In this document: positions 28,031 to 32,000 of the stretch, piece after piece
How the letters are laid out: the number at the start of each line of letters is the position of its first letter
Numbering within the stretch: position 1 is the stretch's first letter
NCBI GenBank assembly: GCA_027460535.1
Contig: JAPZAR010000014.1
Location: 90,001-122,000 of the forward strand
DNA length: 32,000 nt
DNA from: Candidatus Methanoperedens sp.
GTDB taxonomy: Archaea > Halobacteriota > Methanosarcinia > Methanosarcinales > Methanoperedenaceae
Direction of reading: 5' to 3'
Notes under the pieces: model-generated
What the model was told of the DNA's origin: nothing
What the model saw: only the letters and a program-made list of their open reading frames with translations
Database searches by the model: none
Position numbers and translations under genes: made by a program

Positions 28031-29960
28031 AATTCAACACCTGCCTTGCCGGCGCTTTATCGTTAAGGATAAGGAGAAGCGAATCATAGACCTCATCTGA
28101 AGTCATGGGTCTTCCGTTCCATTTCAGCACAAAATAATCCATCGATATGCCTGTCTTTTCTTTGATCACTCCTGCCATCTGGGCTGAATAATTACCTTCC
28201 ACCATGATTTTCTTCCGGGCTTTTCCCAGTACCCCTGCAATGTAATCTTTTGGCAGAGGATTTGGAATCCGAACCTGCAGGAAGTTCAATTTGTGTCCCT
28301 CGCTCCGAAGTCTTTCCATTGCTTCCAGGATCGCTCCCTTTGGTGACCCCCAGCTGACGATGGTTGCGGGTGCATCTTCGTCGCCGAAGAAATTAACCCT
28401 CTCCTGAACGGGAATTTCCCTGTCCGCCAGCTCAAGTTTTTTCATGCGTTTCTCAAGCATTCGTGTCCTGGCCATGGGATTTTCAGTGATGTGACCTGAT
28501 TCATTATGCTCGTCACCCGTGTTCCAGAATACTGCGCCCGGAGTCCCAAGCGGCAGCCTCGGTGAAATACCGGATTCCGTGAACTTAAAGCGCTTGTACT
28601 CCTTGCCCCTGACATCCGCTTCCGAGAGCAACTCACCGCGCTCTATTTTTATGAGACCCGGGTCTAATGTCCTGCAGCTTTTACTGCTGTTGGCAATGGC
28701 TTTGTCCGTTAGATGAATCACAGGTGTCTGGTAACGTTCCGCATAGTTGAAGGCTCGCGCGGCATCATAGAAGCATTCTTCAATGTCGCCCGAGCACAGG
28801 ATGATCCTGGGGAATTCACCGTGCGATGCGTGAATGGCGAACCTGAGGTCATCCTGTCCGTGCCTTGTCGGAAGTCCGGTGGAAGGGCCGCCGCGCTGAT
28901 AATAACTGATAACGGTTGGGACTTCATTGAGACCTGCCCAGCCCAGGCCTTCCGCCATTAATGAGAATCCTGGACCTGAAGTGCTCGTCGCGGCCCTTGC
29001 GCCCGTAAGGGCAGCGCCTGAAGCCATATTAATCGCTGCTATCTCATCTTCCGTCTGGATAACGAGGATGGAACCCTGCGTGATGGCTGATCGCTCTAAC
29101 TCGAATACCTGGTTCTCTTCCAGATATTCACTCTCATCACCAGCAGGTGTGATAGGATAATAGCTCTGGAACCGACAGCCTCCTGCCAGCTTTCCCAGGG
29201 CCACGGCCTGTGTGCCCTGCAGGAATATTCGCTTTTCATCTGTTTTAACAGCGTCAAGTTTGACCCCGAAATCTTTGAAATGCTCCACCGCATAATCATA
29301 TGCAATATTGAAGGCAAGAATATTCGATTTGATAAGTTGGGCCTTCCTGCCAAATATCTTTTCGATAGCCATCCCAACATATTTTTTATCATAATTAACG
29401 AGGCCGAAGGATGCTCCTACTGCCAGAATGTTTGTCATTATCACAAGCTTGCTGAGTTTATCTTCACCAATCTCTTTTCCTATCTGTTTCAGAAGCTCAA
29501 GGAATGGCATTGGGTAAATCTTTATGTTGTTCTTCTTGGCTTCAGCAAGCAGGTCTCCAACAGTCTGGGGCTTAATCCCTTTCTCATCAACGACTTTCTG
29601 GAATTCTTCCCGAAAAGATGCAGAGAGTGTCGGGATTTCGGATATTTGTTTTCCCGCCGCTTCTGCGTCGCAGATAATCCCCCCGCCAGGGACTACGTCC
29701 CAAATATGCCTCACAACGCTGTCAGCATCAAAGGCGCAGAGAAGATCAGCATGACCTGCAATGGCTTTTAATTCTTTCGTGGAGACTCGAATGTGAAAGT
29801 AGCTGTGCATTCCTTTGATGTTGGAATGATATTCCCTCTGTCCGAAGACATTCAGCCCTCCGTAGCAGCAGGCCCGTGCAAAAATGTTGGCGCTTGAGTC
29901 CACCCCGCTCCCCTGCGGTCCGCCTGCCATCCATATAAACTCATCAGTAACCATGTTCAA
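28020..29960 (-). CDS. 2-oxoacid:ferredoxin oxidoreductase alpha subunit (gamma-alpha fusion, 646 aa)
   Basis: The N-terminal gamma-type domain reads [18 protein letters not shown]. The alpha domain contains [26 protein letters not shown] and [14 protein letters not shown]. Confidence 0.9.
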   Translation of the reverse strand: MNMVTDEFIWMAGGPQGSGVDSSANIFARACCYGGLNVFGQREYHSNIKGMHSYFHIRVSTKELKAIAGHADLLCAFDADSVVRHIWDVVPGGGIICDAEAAGKQISEIPTLSASFREEFQKVVDEKGIKPQTVGDLLAEAKKNNIKIYPMPFLELLKQIGKEIGEDKLSKLVIMTNILAVGASFGLVNYDKKYVGMAIEKIFGRKAQLIKSNILAFNIAYDYAVEHFKDFGVKLDAVKTDEKRIFLQGTQAVALGKLAGGCRFQSYYPITPAGDESEYLEENQVFELERSAITQGSILVIQTEDEIAAINMASGAALTGARAATSTSGPGFSLMAEGLGWAGLNEVPTVISYYQRGGPSTGLPTRHGQDDLRFAIHASHGEFPRIILCSGDIEECFYDAARAFNYAERYQTPVIHLTDKAIANSSKSCRTLDPGLIKIERGELLSEADVRGKEYKRFKFTESGISPRLPLGTPGAVFWNTGDEHNESGHITENPMARTRMLEKRMKKLELADREIPVQERVNFFGDEDAPATIVSWGSPKGAILEAMERLRSEGHKLNFLQVRIPNPLPKDYIAGVLGKARKKIMVEGNYSAQMAGVIKEKTGISMDYFVLKWNGRPMTSDEVYDSLLLILNDKAPARQVLNYGA

Positions 29961-29987
29961 TTATCCCTATCCAGTTAATTTCAGGAT

Positions 29988-30113
29988 CTATCCGCCTGTA
30001 ACAGCATCATATCCGATGCAGCAGGTGCAGAGGGCTGATTCGCCGCAGTAAGGACAAACGCACTCGCAGTCATCGATGGGATTTTCACAATTTTCACATA
30101 TAATCTCTATCAA
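29988..30113 (-). CDS. Putative 41-aa cysteine-rich small protein upstream of the OFOR genes
   Basis: The minus strand reads TTG-ATA-GAG..., giving LIEIICENCENPIDDCECVCPYCGESALCTCCIGYDAVTGG* (9 Cys in 41 aa). GGGAGG lies 9 nt upstream of the TTG. It is 27 nt from the OFOR alpha start. It is below the ORF-track size cutoff and has a non-ATG start, so it is tentative. Confidence 0.4.
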   Translation of the reverse strand: MIEIICENCENPIDDCECVCPYCGESALCTCCIGYDAVTGG

Positions 30114-30190
30114 ACTAATATTCCTCCCATTGATTTTTTATTGGTTCGAATGGTTAAGTAGTTTGCGGATGATGGCACGCCCCCTTGCCT

Positions 30191-32000
30191 TCAAGAATTC
30201 GTAATAATTCCTGTTATAGTTCCAGTCGGCTTCTTGAACAGTTCAATATCCTGCACCACCACAGCGCTCAATGCTGTCGAGACCGTCGTAATATTCGTAT
30301 AATACGTCGGCTCGAAAGACGCCGTAATATTGTATGTGCCCGAAGTGACTGCAAACGAGTAGAATCCTAATGCATTCGTCGTCGTTGAGTTGCTGATGTT
30401 GGTGGATACCTTTACTCCCGGGATGCCCGTTTTGTTCACACTGTCCGTTACTGTACCGTTGATGAACCGTACCAGTGGAAGTATTGTGGTCGCTGTATGC
30501 GTCACCATGGTGGCATTGATATTCCCGCTCGCATCCACCGTTCTTGTACCGATGGTATATGTTGCTGGAACTAAACCCGTGGCGTTGTAATACTTTACTC
30601 CTTTTAAGACATCGTCCTTATAGATGCCATCCAGATAAACTATCACTTTGACGAAATCTGGATTTGATGGATCGGTCCAGGTCCAGTTGATGTACGTGGA
30701 AGCATAGGTTGTGTTTCTTAAGTTCGTGATGCTGTCAGGTGCAGTGTCATCTGGTAATGGTGCGGTTGTTGCGTTTTGGTACACCCAGGTTTGATTGATA
30801 TTTCCTGCAACGTCAACTGTTCTTGTACTTATCTCGTACAACGTATTCGGAGTCAAACCAGTTGCATTGTAGTACTGATCACCTCTTGTAACATTTTTCT
30901 GGAATGCTCCGTTGAGGTAAATCATCACTTTTGAGAAATCAGAGTCTTGTGGATCTATCCATGTCCAATTGATATAGCTTGAAGCATAGCTTATATTTTT
31001 AAGATCGATAACAGATGCCGGTTCTATTGTTGGAGGTAATGGATTTACGGTTATAGACACACTTCCATAAGCAATATTATTGAACTCATCGATCTCCTGA
31101 ATGGTATTGTTGGAATCTGCATTGAGCACTATCTTTGTACTTTCTGTAGCTTCTATAACTGCTGATATTGGTAGATGTTCATTCGCATCAAGGAGATCGA
31201 CATTCCATCTATACAATACAGATGCGTTATCTAATGAACTATTTGCGTCCGTATAATTAATAAGTGCCACAGAAATATTCGTTGCTCTTGCAAAGCCGAT
31301 ATTTCTTAGAGTGGCATTTACAGTAGCAGTCTTGTTCTGAGAATCATAAATCATAAGTGGGCTGCTGATCATAAGATCAGGCAACGCTTTTATTAGATAT
31401 GCAGCATCGTTGTTCATCTTACCTATTTCTTCGATTTTGTTTTCAGGGTCGAGTATGGCGTATATCAAATGCGATCCATTAGTTAAATTCAGACTCAACG
31501 ATACATTCGTTCCACCTGTCGGAACATCATGCACTCCGGTGTAAACAAGAGTTCCATTAGGTGGATAATCTTCATAGACCTCAAAGTAAACATTAGATGC
31601 ACTCACTCCGCCGATGTTTTGCATTCTTATATCCAAGCGGTATCTGTCCGCCTCATTTGAAATGAGCGAGAAATCTTCTGGAGTTATTCTCAGATCTGGA
31701 AGAACGCTTATGTTTCTATAAGCCATATTATTTGTTTTACTTATTTCCGAAATTTTATTCAATGGATCAAGGACGACATAAGTAGACGTATTTATTTTGG
31801 AAATGTTGTATATGATTGACACATTATATTCTCCACCCGGAATAATGGAATCTGCAATAATATCTCCACCTGTCTGAATTCCGGTATCAGGAGTTCCGTC
31901 AAATACCTGAATTGTGAATTTTCCTGAATTCAATACTCCAATATTGCGAACCGTGAAATTAATCGGGATTGTATCCCCAATTTTGAAATTTTTCGTGACA
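30191..32000 (-). CDS. Large cell-surface protein (CARDB-like repeats, two FN3-like modules, C-terminal carboxypeptidase-regulatory-like domain); N-terminus off the right edge
   Basis: The frame stays open upstream of the track start, which is TTG at 31933 (...VTKNFKIGDTIPINFTVRNIGVLNSGKF...). CARDB-like units recur (LPDLxI ... V.N.G...A.N). Two modules of about 93 aa are duplicated (YASSYINWTWIDPQDSDFSKVMIYLNG... and YASTYINWTWTDPSNPDFVKVIVYLDG...). The C-terminus reads INGTVTDSVNKTGIPGVKVS...GFYSFAVTSGTYNITAS. Many N-x-S/T sequons are present. Confidence 0.8.
   Translation of the reverse strand, partial: VTKNFKIGDTIPINFTVRNIGVLNSGKFTIQVFDGTPDTGIQTGGDIIADSIIPGGEYNVSIIYNISKINTSTYVVLDPLNKISEISKTNNMAYRNISVLPDLRITPEDFSLISNEADRYRLDIRMQNIGGVSASNVYFEVYEDYPPNGTLVYTGVHDVPTGGTNVSLSLNLTNGSHLIYAILDPENKIEEIGKMNNDAAYLIKALPDLMISSPLMIYDSQNKTATVNATLRNIGFARATNISVALINYTDANSSLDNASVLYRWNVDLLDANEHLPISAVIEATESTKIVLNADSNNTIQEIDEFNNIAYGSVSITVNPLPPTIEPASVIDLKNISYASSYINWTWIDPQDSDFSKVMIYLNGAFQKNVTRGDQYYNATGLTPNTLYEISTRTVDVAGNINQTWVYQNATTAPLPDDTAPDSITNLRNTTYASTYINWTWTDPSNPDFVKVIVYLDGIYKDDVLKGVKYYNATGLVPATYTIGTRTVDASGNINATMVTHTATTILPLVRFINGTVTDSVNKTGIPGVKVSTNISNSTTTNALGFYSFAVTSGTYNITASFEPTYYTNITTVSTALSAVVVQDIELFKKPTGTITGIITNS

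Overview
The window looks archaeal, probably a euryarchaeal methanogen or ANME-like Methanosarcinales genome. This is inferred from an intron-containing tRNA-Trp with an intronic box C/D guide RNA, TATA-like promoters with short leaders, a two-subunit 2-oxoacid:ferredoxin oxidoreductase, and sequon-rich surface proteins.

Housekeeping content:
- Aconitase at 1-2637 on the minus strand. It runs off the left edge and is missing from the supplied ORF track because it has no in-window stop.
- trpC-trpB-trpA.
- OFOR alpha and beta subunits.
- An RsmB-like RNA methyltransferase.
- Two flavodoxin/WrbA-led overlapping operons.
- A LigB-type extradiol dioxygenase.
- A GC-richer VOC + YciI gene pair.
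- Two surface proteins.

Accessory content is in two patches.
1. A roughly 7.5 kb AT-rich, heavily decayed island lies between aconitase and tRNA-Trp(CCA). It holds an integrase N-terminal fragment, a 5'-truncated GH13 gene, and frameshifted or nonsense-riddled remnants. Its one large intact gene is an 870-aa KAP-family P-loop NTPase fused to seven to eight 39-aa helical repeats. This is my best candidate for an uncharacterised NTPase-sensor (defence-type) gene.
2. An AbiEi/AbiEii module sits directly upstream of trpC. The antitoxin gene is intact, but the toxin gene has a homopolymer frameshift, an in-frame TAA and no canonical start. It is followed by a GC-rich, possibly structured element of about 100 nt and an unassignable 225-aa ORF.

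Other structure not explained by genes:
- Two hairpins built from arrays of heptamers with 9-nt periodicity (CACAGAG and CACGGAT).
- A 33-nt diverged direct repeat bracketing a 99-aa gene.
- A 9-Cys, 41-aa ORF upstream of the OFOR genes.

All family assignments come from motif recognition by eye. No database search was run.
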